Program-made: the position numbers and the translations under genes
DNA from: Eledone cirrhosa
Taxonomy: Eukaryota
NCBI GenBank assembly: GCA_964016885.1
Contig: OZ024742.1
Span: forward strand, 361,274,001 to 361,338,000
Direction: 5' to 3'
Length of the DNA stretch: 64,000 nucleotides
The notes under the pieces: model-generated
The model's input: the letters and a program-made list of their open reading frames with translations, nothing else
The model's database searches: none
Told to the model about the DNA's origin: nothing
Shown here: in pieces, positions 17,601 to 32,588 of the stretch
How positions within the stretch are numbered: position 1 is the first letter of the stretch
How the letters are laid out: each line of letters begins with the position of its first letter

Positions 17601-20570
17601 CCATCATTAAAGTGTATATAGCTATACATAGAATTACCATCATCAAAGGGTATATAGCTATACATAGAATTACCATCGTCAAAGGGTATATATAGCTATA
17701 CATAGAATTACCATCAACAACCAGTATATAGCTATACACAGAATTACCATCAACCAAGGGTATAAAGCTATACATAGAATTACCATCAACAAAGGGTATA
17801 TAGCTATACATAGAATTACCATCAACAAACAGTATATAGCTATACATAGAATTACCATCAACAAAGGGTATGTAGCTATACATAGAATTACCATCAACAA
17901 ACAGTATATAGCTATACATTGAATTGCCATCAACAAAGGGTATATATAGCTATACATAGAATTACCATCATCAAAGGGTATATAGCTATACATAGAATTA
18001 CATCAACAAAGGGTATATAGCTATACATAGAATTACCATCATCAAAGGGTATATAGCTATACATAGAATTACCATCAACAAAGGGTATATAGCTAAACAT
18101 AGAATTACCATTATCAAAGGGTATATAGCTATACATAGAATTACCATCTTCAAAGGGTATATAAGCTATACATAGAATTACCATCAACAAAGGGTATATA
18201 GCTATACATAGAATTACCATCATCAAATGGTATAATAGCTATACATAGAATTACCATCAACAAAGGGTATATAGCTATACATATAATTACCATCATCAAA
18301 CAGTATATAGCTATACATAGAATTACCATCAACAAACGGTATATGTAGCTATACATAGAATTACCATCATCAAAGGGTATATAGCTATACATAGAATTAC
18401 CATCATCAAAGGGTATATAGCTATACATAGAATTACCATCATCAAACAGTATATAGCTATACATAGAATTACCATCAACAAACAGTATATAGCTATACAC
18501 AGAATTACCATCATTAAAGGGTATATATAGCTATACATAGAATTACCATCATCAAAGGGTATATAAGCTATACATAGAATTACCATCATCAAAGGGTATA
18601 TAGCTATACATAGAATTACCATGATCAAAGGGTATATAGCTATACATAGAATTACCATGATCAAAGGGTATATAGCTATACATAGAATTACCATCAACAA
18701 AGAGTATATAGCTATACATAAAATTACCATCATCAAAGGGTATATAAGCTATACATAGGATTACCATCAACAAAGGGTATATAGCTATACATAGAATTAC
18801 CATCATCAAAGGGTATATAGTTATATGTAGAATTACCATCATCAAAAGGTATATAGCTATACATAGAATTACCATCAACAAACAGTATATAGCTATACAT
18901 AGAATTACCATCAACAAACAGTATATAGCTATACACAGAATTACCATCAACAAAGGGTATATAGCTATACATAGAATTACCATCATTAAATGTATATAGC
19001 TATACATAGAATTACCATCATCAAAGGGTATATTGCTATACATAGAATTACCATCATCAAAGGGTATATAGCTATACATAGAATTACCATCATCAAAGGG
19101 TATATAGCTATACATAGAATTACCATCGTCAAAGGGTATATATAGCTATACATAGAATTACCATTAACAAACAGTATATAGCTATACACAGAATTACCAT
19201 CAACCAAGGGTATATAGCTATACATAGAATTACCATCAACAAACAGTATATAGCTATACACAGAATTACCATCAACAAAGGGTATATAGCTATACATAGA
19301 ATTACCATCAAAAACAGTATATAGCTATACATAGAATTACCATCAACAAACAGTATATAGGTATACATAGAATTACCATCAACAAACAGTATATACCTAT
19401 ACATAGAATTACCATCAACAAACAGTATATAGCTATACACAGAATTACCATCAACAAAGGGTATATAGCTATACATAGAATTACCATCATCAAAGTGTAT
19501 ATATAGCTATACATAGAATTACCATCAACAAAGGGTACATAGCTATACACAGAATTACCATCATCAAAGGGTATATAGCTATACATAGAATTACCATCAT
19601 CAAAGGGTATATATAGCTATACATAGAATTACCATCAACAAAGGGTATATAGCTATATATAGAATTACATCAACAAAGGGTATATAGCTATACATAGAAT
19701 TACCATCAACAAACAGTATATAGCTATACATAGAATTACCATCATCAAACAGTATATAGCTATACATAGAATTACAACCAACATACAGTATATAGCTATA
19801 CATAGAATTACCATCATCAAAGGGTATATTTAGCTATACATAGAATTACCATCATCAAACAGTATATAGCTATACACAGAATTACCATCATCAAAGGGTA
19901 TATAGCTATACATAGAATTACTATCATCAAACAGTATATAGCTATACATAGAATTACCATCATCAAAGGGTATATAGCTATACACAGAATTACCATCAAC
20001 AAACAGTATATAGCTATACATAGAATTACCATCATCAAAGGGTATATAGCTATACACAGAATTACCATCAACAAACAGTATATAGCTATATATAGAATTA
20101 CCATCAACAAACAGTATATAGCTATACATAGAATTAGCATCATCAAACAGTATATAGCTATACATAGAATTACCATCAACAAAGGGTATATATATAGCTA
20201 TACATAGAATTAATTCATCAAAGGGTATATAGCTATACATAGAATTACCTTCATCAAACTGTATATAGCTATACACAGAATTACCATCAACAAACAGTAT
20301 ATAGCTATACATAGAATTGCCATCAACAAAGGGTATATATAGCTATACATAGAATTACCATCATCAAAGGGTATATAGCTATACATAGAATTACATCAAC
20401 AAAGGGTATATAGCTATACATAGAATTACCATCATCAAAGGGTATATAGCTATACGTAGAATTACCATTATCAAAGGGTATATAGCTTTACATAGAATTA
20501 CATCAACAAAGGGTATATAGCTATACATAGAATTACCATCATCAAAGGGTATATAGCTATACATAGAATT
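14700..20570. repeat. Satellite block duplication, offset 3953 bp (~14700-16620 vs ~18650-20570)
   Basis: Identical translations at 14780/18733, 15033/18986, 15355/19308, 15647/19600 and 15877/19830, including private variants such as ACAACCAACATACAG. Confidence 0.88.
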
Positions 20571-23500
20571 ACCATCAACAAAGGGTATATAGCTAAACAT
20601 AGAATTACCATTATCAAAGGGTATATAGCTATACCTAGAATTACCATCTTCAAAGGGTATATAAGCTATACATAGAATTACCATCAACAAAGGGTATATA
20701 GCTATACATAGAATTACCATCATCAAAGGGTATAAAAGCTATACATAGAATTACCATCAACAAAGGGTATATAGCTATACATAGAATTACCATCATCAAA
20801 CAGTATATAGCTATACATAGAATTACCATCAACAAAGGGTATATGTAGCTATACATAGAATTACCATCATCAAAGGGTATATAGCTATACATAGAATTAC
20901 CATCATCAAAGGTTATATAGCTATACATAGAATTACCATCAACAAACAGTATATAGCTATACATAGAATTACCATCATCAAAGGGTATATAGCTATACAT
21001 AGAATTACCATCATCAAACAGTATATAGCTATACATAGAATTACCATCAACAAAGAGTATATATAGCTATACATAGAATTACCATCATCAAAGGGTATAT
21101 AGCTATACATAGAATTACCATCATCAAAGGGTATATAGCTATACATAGAATTACCATCATCAAAGGGTATATAGCTATACATAGAATTACCATCAACAAA
21201 CATTATATAGCTATACACAGAATTACCATCATCAAAGGGTATATATAGCTATACATAGAATTACCATCATCAAAGGGTATATAAGCTATACATAGAATTA
21301 ACATCATCAAAGGGTATATAGCTATACATAGAATTACCATCAACAAACAGTATATAGCTATACACAGAATTACCATCATCAAAGTGTATATATAGCTATA
21401 CATAGAATTACCATCATCAAAGGGTATATAGCTATACATAGAATTACCATGATCAAAGGGTATATAGCTATACATAGAATTACCATCAACAAAGAGTATA
21501 TAGCTATACATAGAATTACCATCATCAAAGGGTATATAAGCTATACATAGAATTACCATCAACAAAGGTTATATAGCTATACATAGAATTACCATCATCA
21601 AAGGGTATATAGCTATATGTAGAATTACCATCATCAAAAGGTATATAGCTATACATAGAATTACCATCAACAAACAGTATATAGCTATACACAGAATTAC
21701 CATCAACAAAGGGTATATAGCTATACATAGAATTACCATCATTAAAGTGTATATAGCTATACATAGAATTAGCATCATCAAAGGGTATATAGCTATACAT
21801 AGAATTACCATCGTCAAAGGGTATATATAGCTATACATAGAATTACCATCAACAACCAGTATATAGCTATACACAGAATTACCATCAACCAAGGGTATAA
21901 AGCTATACATAGAATTACCATCAACAAAGGGTATATAGCTATACATAGAATTACCATCAACAAACAGTATATAGCTATACATAGAATTACCATCAACAAA
22001 CAGTATATAGCTATACATAGAATTACCATCAACAAACAGTATATAGCTATACACAGAATTACCATCAACAAAGGGTATATAGCTATACACAGAATTACCA
22101 TCAACAAAGGGTATATAGCTATACACAGAATTACCATCAACAAAGGGTATGTAGCTATACATAGAATTACCTTCAACAAAGAGTATATAGCTATACACAG
22201 AATTACCACCAACAAAGGGTATATAGCTATACACAGAATTACCATCAACAAAGGGTATATAGCTATACTCAGAATTACCATCATCAAAGGGTATATAGCT
22301 ATGCCTAGAATTACCATCAACAAAAAGTATATAGATATACATAGAATTACCATCATCAAGGGGTATATAGCTATACACAGAATTACCATCATCAAAGGGT
22401 ATATAGCTATGCCTAGAATTACCATCAACAAACAGTATATAGCTATACATAGAATTACCATTATCAAAGGGTATATAGCTATACATAGAATTACCATCAT
22501 CAAAGGGTATACATAGCTATACATAGAATTACCATCATCAAAGGGTATATATAGCTATACATAGAATTACCATCAACAAACAGCATATAGCTATACATAG
22601 AATTACCATCATCAAAGGGTATATATAGCTATACATAGAATTACCATCATCAAAGTGTATATATAGCTATACATAGAATTACCATCAACAAAGAGTACAT
22701 AGCTATACACAGAATTACCATCATCAAAGGGTATATAGCTATACATAGAATTACCATCATCAAAGGGTATATATAGCTATACATAGAATTACCATCAACA
22801 AAGGGTATATAGCTATACATAGAATTACCATCATCAAAGTGTATATATAGCTATACATAGAATTACCATCATCAAAGGGTATATAGCTATACATAGAATT
22901 ACCATGATCAAAGGGTATATAGCTATACATAGAATTACCATCAACAAAGGGTATATAGCTATACATAGAATTACCATCAACAAACAGTATATAGCTATAC
23001 ATAGAATTACCATCATCAAAGGGTATATAGCTATACATAGAATTACCATCATCAAACAGTATATAGCTATACATAGAATTACCATCAACAAACAGTATAT
23101 AGCTATACACAGAATTACCATCATTAAAGGGTATATATAGCTATACATAGAATTACCATCATCAAAGGGTATATAAGCTATACATAGAATTACCATCATC
23201 AAAGGGTATATAGCTATACATAGAATTACCATCATCAAAGTGTATATATAGCTATACATAGAATTACCATCATCAAAGGGTATATAGCTATACATAGAAT
23301 TACCATGATCAAAGGGTATATAGCTATACATAGAATTACCATCAACAAAGAGTATATAGCTATACATAAAATTACCATCATCAAAGGGTATATAAGCTAT
23401 ACATAGGATTACCATCAACAAAGGGTATATAGCTATACATAGAATTACCATCAACAAAAAGTATATAGATATACATAGAATTACCATCATCAAAGGGTAT

Positions 23501-24947
23501 ATAGCTATACACAGAATTACCATCATCAAAGGGTATATAGCTATGCCTAGAATTACCATCAACAAACAGTATATAGCTATACATAGAATTACCATTATCA
23601 AAGGGTATATAGCTATACATAGAATTACCATCATCAAAGGGTATATATAGCTATACATAGAATTACCATCATCAAAGGGTATATATAGCTATACATAGAA
23701 TTACCATCAACAAACAGCATATAGCTATACATAGAATTACCATCATCAAAGGGTATATATAGCTATACATAGAATTACCATCATCAAAGTGTATATATAG
23801 CTATACATAGAATTACCATCAACAAAGAGTACATAGCTATACACAGAATTACCATCATCAAAGGGTATATAGCTATACATAGAATTACCATCATCAAAGG
23901 GTATATATAGCTATACATAGAATTACCATCAACAAAGGGTATATAGCTATATATAGAATTACATCAAAAAAGGGTATATAGCTATACATAGAATTACCAT
24001 CATCAAACAGTATATAGCTATACATAGAATTACCATCATCAAAGGGTATATAGCTATACACAGAATTACCATCAACAAACAGTATATAGCTATACATAGA
24101 ATTACCATCATCAAAGGGTATATAGCTATACATAGAATTACCATCATCAAAGGGTATATATAGCTATACATAGAATTACCATCATCAAAGGGTATATATA
24201 GCTATACATAGAATTACCATCAACAAACAGCATATAGCTATACATAGAATTACCATCATCAAAGGGTATATATAGCTATACATAGAATTACCATCATCAA
24301 AGTGTATATATAGCTATACATAGAATTACCATCAACAAAGAGTACATAGCTATACACAGAATTACCATCATCAAAGAGTATATAGCTATACATAGAATTA
24401 CCATCATCAAAGGGTATATATAGCTATACATAGAATTACCATCAATAAAGGGTATATAGCTATATATAGAATTACATCAACAAAGGGTATATAGCTATAC
24501 ATAGAATTACCATCATCAAACAGTATATATCTATACACAGAATTACCATCAACAAACAGTATATAGCTATATATAGAATTACCATCAACAAACAGTATAT
24601 AGCTATACATAGAATTAGCATCATCAAACAGTATATAGCTATACATAGAATTACCATCAACAAAGGGTATATATATAGCTATACATAGAATTAATTCATC
24701 AAAGGGTATATAGCTATACATAGAATTACCTTCATCAAACTGTATATAGCTATACACAGAATTACCATCAACAAACAGTATATAGCTATACATAGAATTA
24801 CCATCAACAAAGGGTATATAGATTTACATAGAATTTCCATCAACAAAGGGTATATAGCTATACATAGAATTTCCATCAACAAAGGGTATATAGCTATACA
24901 TAGAATTACCATCAACAAAGGGTATATAGCTATACATAGAATTACCA

Positions 24948-27900
24948 TCAAGAAAGGGTATGTATAGCTATACACAGAATTACCATCAACAAACAGTATA
25001 TAGCCATACATAGAATTACCATCAACAAAGGGTATATAGCTATATATAGAATTACATCAACAAAGGGTATATGGCTATACATAGAATTACCATCAACAAA
25101 CAGTATATAGCTATACATATAATTAGCATCATCAAACAGTATAGAGCTATACATAGAATTACCATCAACAAACAGTATATAGCTATACATATAATTAGCA
25201 TCATCAAACAGTATATAGTTATACATAGAATTACCATCAACAAACAGTATATAGCTATACATAGAATTAGCATCAACAAACAGTATATAGTTATACATAG
25301 AATAACCATCATCAAAGGGTATATATAGCTATACATAGAATTACCATCAACAAAGAGTATATAGCTATACATAGAATTACCATCATCAAAGGGTATATAG
25401 CTATGCATAGAATTACCATCATCAAACAGTATATAGCTATACATAGAATTACTATCAACAAACAGTATATAGCTATACATAAAATTAGCTTCATCAAACA
25501 GTATATAGCTATACACAGAATTACCATCAACAAAGGGTATATAAGCTATACATAGAATTACCATCAACAAAGGGTATATATAGCTATACATAGAATTACC
25601 ATCATCAAAGGGTATATATAGCTATACATAGAATTACCATCAACAAACAGTATATAGCTATACATAGAATTACCATCAACAAAGGGTATATAGCTATATA
25701 TAGAATTACATCAACAAAGGGTATATGGCTATACATAGAATTACCATCAACAAACAGTATATAGATGTACATAGAATTACCATCAACAAACAGTATATAG
25801 CTATACATAGAATTAGCATCATCAAACAGTATATAACTATACACAGAATTACCATCAACAAAGGGTATATAAGCTATACATAGAATTACCATCAACAAAG
25901 GGTATAGATAGCTATACATAGAATTAGCATCATCAACCAGTATATAGCTATACACAGAATTACCATCAACAAACAGTATATAGCTATACATAGAATTACC
26001 ATCAACAAACAGTATATAGCTATATATAGAATTACCATCACCAAACAGTATATAGCTATACATAGAATTACCATCAACAAAGGGTATATAGCTATACACA
26101 GAATTACCATCAACAAAGGGTATATGGCTATACACAGAATTACCATCATCAAAAGGTATATAGCTATACACAGAATTACCATCAACAAAGGGTATATAGC
26201 TATACATAGAATTACCATCAACAAAAAGTATATAGCTATACATAGAATTACCATCATCAAAGGGTATATAGCTATACACAGAATTACCATGATCAAAGGG
26301 TATATAGCTATGCCTAGAATTACCATCAACAAAGGGTATATAGCTATACATAGAATTACCATCATCAAAGTGTATATAGCTATACATAGAATTACCATCA
26401 TCAAAGGTTATATATAGCTATACATAGAATTACCATCAACAAAGTGTATATGGCTATACATAGAATTACCATCAACAAACAGTATATAGCTATACATAGA
26501 ATTACCATCATCAAAGCGTATATAGCTATACATAGAATTACCATCATCAAAGGTTATATATAGCTATACATAGAATTACCATCAACAAAGTGTATATAGC
26601 TATATATAGAATTACCATCATCAAAGGGTATATATAGCTATACATAGAATTACCATCAACAAACAGTATATAGCTATACATAGAATTACCATCATCAAAG
26701 GGTATATATAGCTATACATAGAATTACCATCATCAAAGTGTATATATAGCTATACATAGAATTACCATCAACAAAGGGTACATAGCTATACACAGAATTA
26801 CCATCATCAAAGGGTATATAGCTATACATAGAATGACCATCATCAAAGGGTATATATAGCTATACATAGAATTACCATCAACAAAGTGTATATAGCTATA
26901 TATAGAATTACATCAACAAAGGGTATATAGCTATACACAGAATTACCATCATCAAAGTGTATATAGCTATGCCTAGAATTACCATCATCAAACAGTATAT
27001 AGCTATACATAGAATTACCATCATCAAAGGGTATATAGCTATACATAGAATTACCATCATCAAAGGGTATATATAGCTATACATAGAATTACCATCATCA
27101 AAGGGTATATATAGCTATACATAGAATTACCATCAACAAACAGTATATAGCTATACATAGAATTACCATCATCAAAGTGTATATATAGCTATACATAGAA
27201 TTACCATCAACAAAGGGTACATAGCTATACACAGAATTACCATCATCAAAGGGTATATAGCTATACATAGAATTACCATCATCAGAGGGTATATATAGCA
27301 ATACATAGAATTACCATCAACAAAGGGTATATAGCTATATATAGAATTACATCAACAAAGGGTATATAGCTATACATAGAATTACCATCAACAAACAGTA
27401 TATAGCTATACATAGAATTACCATCATCAAACAGTATATAGCTATACATAGAATTACAATCAACAAACAGTATATAGCTGTACATAGAATTACCATCATC
27501 AAAGGGTATATTTAGCTATACATAGAATTACCATCATCAAACAGTATATAGCTATACACAGAATTAACATCATCAAAGGGTATATAGCTATACATAGAAT
27601 TACCATCATCAAACAGTATATAGCTATACATAGAATTACCATCATCAAAGGGTATATAGCTATACACAGAATTACCATCAACAAACCGTATATAGCTATA
27701 CATAGAATTACCATCATCAAAGGGTATATAGCGATACACAGAATTACCATCAACAAACAGTATATAGCTATATATAGAATTACCATCAACAAACAGTATA
27801 TAGCTATACATAGAATTAGCATCATCAAACGGTATATAGCTATACATAGAATTACCATCAACAAAGGGTATATATATAGCTATACATAGAATTAATTCAT

Positions 27901-30700
27901 CAAAGGGTATATACCTATACATAGAATTACCTTCATCAAACTGTATATAGCTTTACACAGAATTACCATCAACAAACAGTATATAGCTATACATAGAATT
28001 GCCATCAAAAAAGGGTATATATAGCTATACATAGAATTACCATCATCAAAGGGTATATAGCTATACATAGAATTACCATCATCAAATGGTATATATCTAG
28101 ACGTAGAATTACCATTATCAAAGGGTATATAGCTATACATAGAATTACCTCAACAAAGGGTATATTGCTATACCTAGAATTACCATCAACAAAAAGTATA
28201 TAGCTATACATAGAATTACCATCATCAAAGGGTATATAGCTATACACAGAATTACCATCATCAAAGGGTATATAGCTATGCCTAGAATTACCATCAACAA
28301 ACAGTATATAGCTATACATAGAATTACCATCATCAAAGGGTATATAGCTATACATAGAATTACCATCATCAAAGGGTATATATAGCTATACATAGAATTA
28401 CCATCATCAAAGGGTATATATAGCTATACATAGAATTACCATCAACAAACAGCATATAGCTATACATAGAATTACCATCATCAAAGGGTATATATAGCTA
28501 TACATAGAATTACCATCATCAAAGTGTATATATAGCTATACATAGAATTACCATCAACAAAGAGTACATAGCTATACACAGAATTACCATCATCAAAGGG
28601 TATATAGCTATACATAGAATTACCATCATCAAAGGGTATATATAGCTATACATAGAATTACCATCAACAAAGGGTATATAGCTATATATAGAATTACATC
28701 AAAAAAGGGTATATAGCTATACATAGAATTACCATCATCAAACAGTATATAGCTATACATAGAATTACCATCATCAAAGGGTATATAGCTATACACAGAA
28801 TTACCATCAACAAACAGTATATAGCTATACATAGAATTACCATCATCAAAGGGTATATAGCTATACATAGAATTACCATCATCAAAGGGTATATATAGCT
28901 AAACATAGAATTACCATCAACAAACAGCATATAGCTATACATAGAATTACCATCATCAAAGGGTATATATAGCTATACATAGAATTACCATCATCAAAGT
29001 GTATATATAGCTATACATAGAATTACCATCAACAAAGAGTACATAGCTATACACAGAATTACCATCATCAAAGGGTATATAGCTATACATAGAATTACCA
29101 TCATGAAAGGGTATATATAGCTATACATAGAATTACCATCAACAAAGGGTATATAGCTATATATAGAATTACATCAACAAAGGGTATATAGCTATACATA
29201 GAATTACCATCATCAAACAGTATATAGCTATACATAGAATTACCATCATCAAAGGGTATATAGCTATACATAGAATTACCATCAACAAACAGTATATAGC
29301 TATACATAGAATTACCATCATCAAAGGGTATATAGCTATACACAGAATTACCATCAACAAACAGTATATAGCTATATATAGAATTACCATCAACAAAGAG
29401 TATATAGCTATACATAGAATTAGCATCATCAAACAGTATATAGCTATACATAGAATTACCATCAACAAAGGTTATATATATAGCTATACATAGAATTAAT
29501 TATTCAAAGGGTATATAGCTATACATAGAATTACCTTCATCAAACTGTATATAGCTATACACAGAATTACGATCAACAAACAGTATATAGCTATACATAG
29601 AATTGCCATCAACAAAGGGTATATATAGCTATACATAGTATTACCATCATCAAAGGGTATATAGCTATACATAGAATTACATCAACAAAGGGTATATAGC
29701 TATACATAGAATTACCATCATCAAAGGGTATATAGCTATACGTAGAATTACCATTATCAAAGGGTATATAGCTATACATAGAATTACATCAACAAAGGAT
29801 ATATAGCTATACATAGCATTACCATCATCAAAGGGTATATAGCTATACACAGAATTACCATCATCAAAGGGTATATAGATTTACATAGAATTTCCATCAA
29901 CAAAGGGTATATAGCTATACATAGAATTTCCATCAACAAAGGGTATATAGCTATACATAGAATTACCATCAAGAAAGGGTATGTATAGCTATACACAGAA
30001 TTACCATCAACAAACAGTATATAGCCATACATAGAATTACCATCAACAAAGGGTATATAGCTATATATAGAATTACATCAACAAAGGGTATATGGCTATA
30101 CATAGAATTACCATCAACAAACAGTATATAGCTATACATATAATTAGCATCATCAAACAGTATAGAGCTATACATAGAATTACCATCAACAAACAGTATA
30201 TAGCTATACATATAATTAGCATCATCAAACAGTATATAGTTATACATAGAATTACCATCAACAAACAGTATATAGCTATACATAGAATTAGCATCAACAA
30301 ACAGTATATAGCTATACATAGAATAACCATCATCAAATGGTATATATAGCTATACATAGAATTACCATCAACAAACAGTATATAGCTATACATAGAATTA
30401 CCATCATCAAAGGGTATATAGCTATACATAGAATTACCATCATCAAACAGTATATAGCTATACATAGAATTACTATCAACAAACAGTATATAGCTATACA
30501 TAAAATTAGCATCATCAAACAGTATATAGCTATACACAGAATTACCATCAACAAAGGGTATATAAGCTATACATAGAATTACCATCAACAAAGGGTATAT
30601 ATAGCTATACATAGAATTACCATCATCAAAGGGTATATATAGCTATACATAGAATTACCATCAACAAACAGTATATAGCTATACATAGAATTACCATCAA
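24948..30700. repeat. Satellite block duplication, offset 5021 bp
   Basis: ORF pairs 24948/29969, 25052/30073 and 25312/30333 are near-identical. Confidence 0.8.
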
Positions 30701-32588
30701 CAAAGGGTATATAGCTATATATAGAATTACATCAACAAAGGGTATATGGCTATACATAGAATTACCATCAACAAACAGTATATAGATGTACATAGAATTA
30801 CCATCATCAAACAGTATATAGCTATACATAGAATTACCATCAACAAACAGTATATAGCTATACATAGAATTAGCATCATCAAACAGTATATAGCTATACA
30901 CAGAATTACCATCAACAAAGGGTATATAAGCTATACATAGAATTACCATCAACAAAGGGTATACATAGCTATACATAGAATTAGCATCATCAAACAGTAT
31001 ATAGCTATACACAGAATTACCATCAACAAAGGGTATATAAGCTATACACAGAATTACATCAAGAAAGGGTATATAGCTATACATAGAATTACATCAACAA
31101 AGGGTATATAGCTATAAATAGAATTACCATCAACAAACAGTATATAGCTATACACAGAATTACCATCAACAAAGGGTATATAGCTATACATAGAATTACC
31201 ATCAACAAACAGTATATAGCTATACATAGAATTACCATCAACAAACAGTATATAGCTATATATAGAATTACCATCAACAAACAGTATATAGCTATACACA
31301 GAATTACCATCAACAAAGGGTATATAGCTATACACAGAATTACCATCAACAAAGGGTATATAGCTATACACAGAATTACCATCAACAAAGGGTATATAGC
31401 TATACATAGAATTACCATCAACAAAGAGTATATAGCTATACACAGAATTACCATCAACAAAGGGTATATAGCTATACACAGAATTACCATCAACAAAGGT
31501 TATATAGCTATACACAGAATTACCATCATCAAAGGGTATATAGCTATGCCTAGAATTACCATCAACAAAAAGTATATAGCTATACATAGAATTACCATCA
31601 TCAAAGGGTATATAGCTAGACACAGAATTACCATCATCAAAGGGTATATAGCTAGACACAGAATTACCATCATCAAAGGGTATATAGCTATGCCTAGAAT
31701 TACCATCAACAAAGGGTATATAGCTATACATAGAATTACATCATCAAAGGGTATATAGCTATACATAGAATTACCATCAACAAACAGTATATAGCTATAC
31801 ATAGAATTACCATCATCAAAGGGTATATAGCTATACATAGAATTACCATCATCAAAGGGTATATATAGCTATACATAGAATTACCATCATCAAAGGGTAT
31901 ATATAGCTATACATAGAATTACCATCAACAAACAGTATATAGCTATACATAGAATTACCATCATCAAAGGGTATATATAGCTATACATAGAATTACCATC
32001 ATCAAAGTGTATATATAGCTATACATAGAATTACCATCAACAAAGGGTACATGTCTATACACAGAATTAACATCATCAAAGGGTATATAGCTATACATAG
32101 AATGACCATCATCAAAGGGTATATATAGCTATACATAGAATTACCATCAACAAAGTGTATATAGCTATATATAGAATTACATCAACAAAGGGTATATAGC
32201 TATACACAGAATTACCATCATCAAAGGGTATATAGCTATGCCTAGAATTACCATCAACAAACAGTATATAGCTATACATAGAATTACCATCATCAAAGGG
32301 TATATAGCTATACATAGAATTACCATCATCAAAGGGTATATATAGCTATACATAGAATTACCATCATCAAAGGGTATATATAGCTATACATAGAATTACC
32401 ATCAACAAACAGTATATAGCTATACATAGAATTACCATCATCAAAGGTTATATATAGCTATAAATATAATTACCATCATCAAAGTGTATATATAGCTATA
32501 CATAGAATTACCATCAACAAAGGGTACATAGCTATACACAGAATTACCATCATCAAAGGGTATATAGCTATACATAGAATTACCATCA

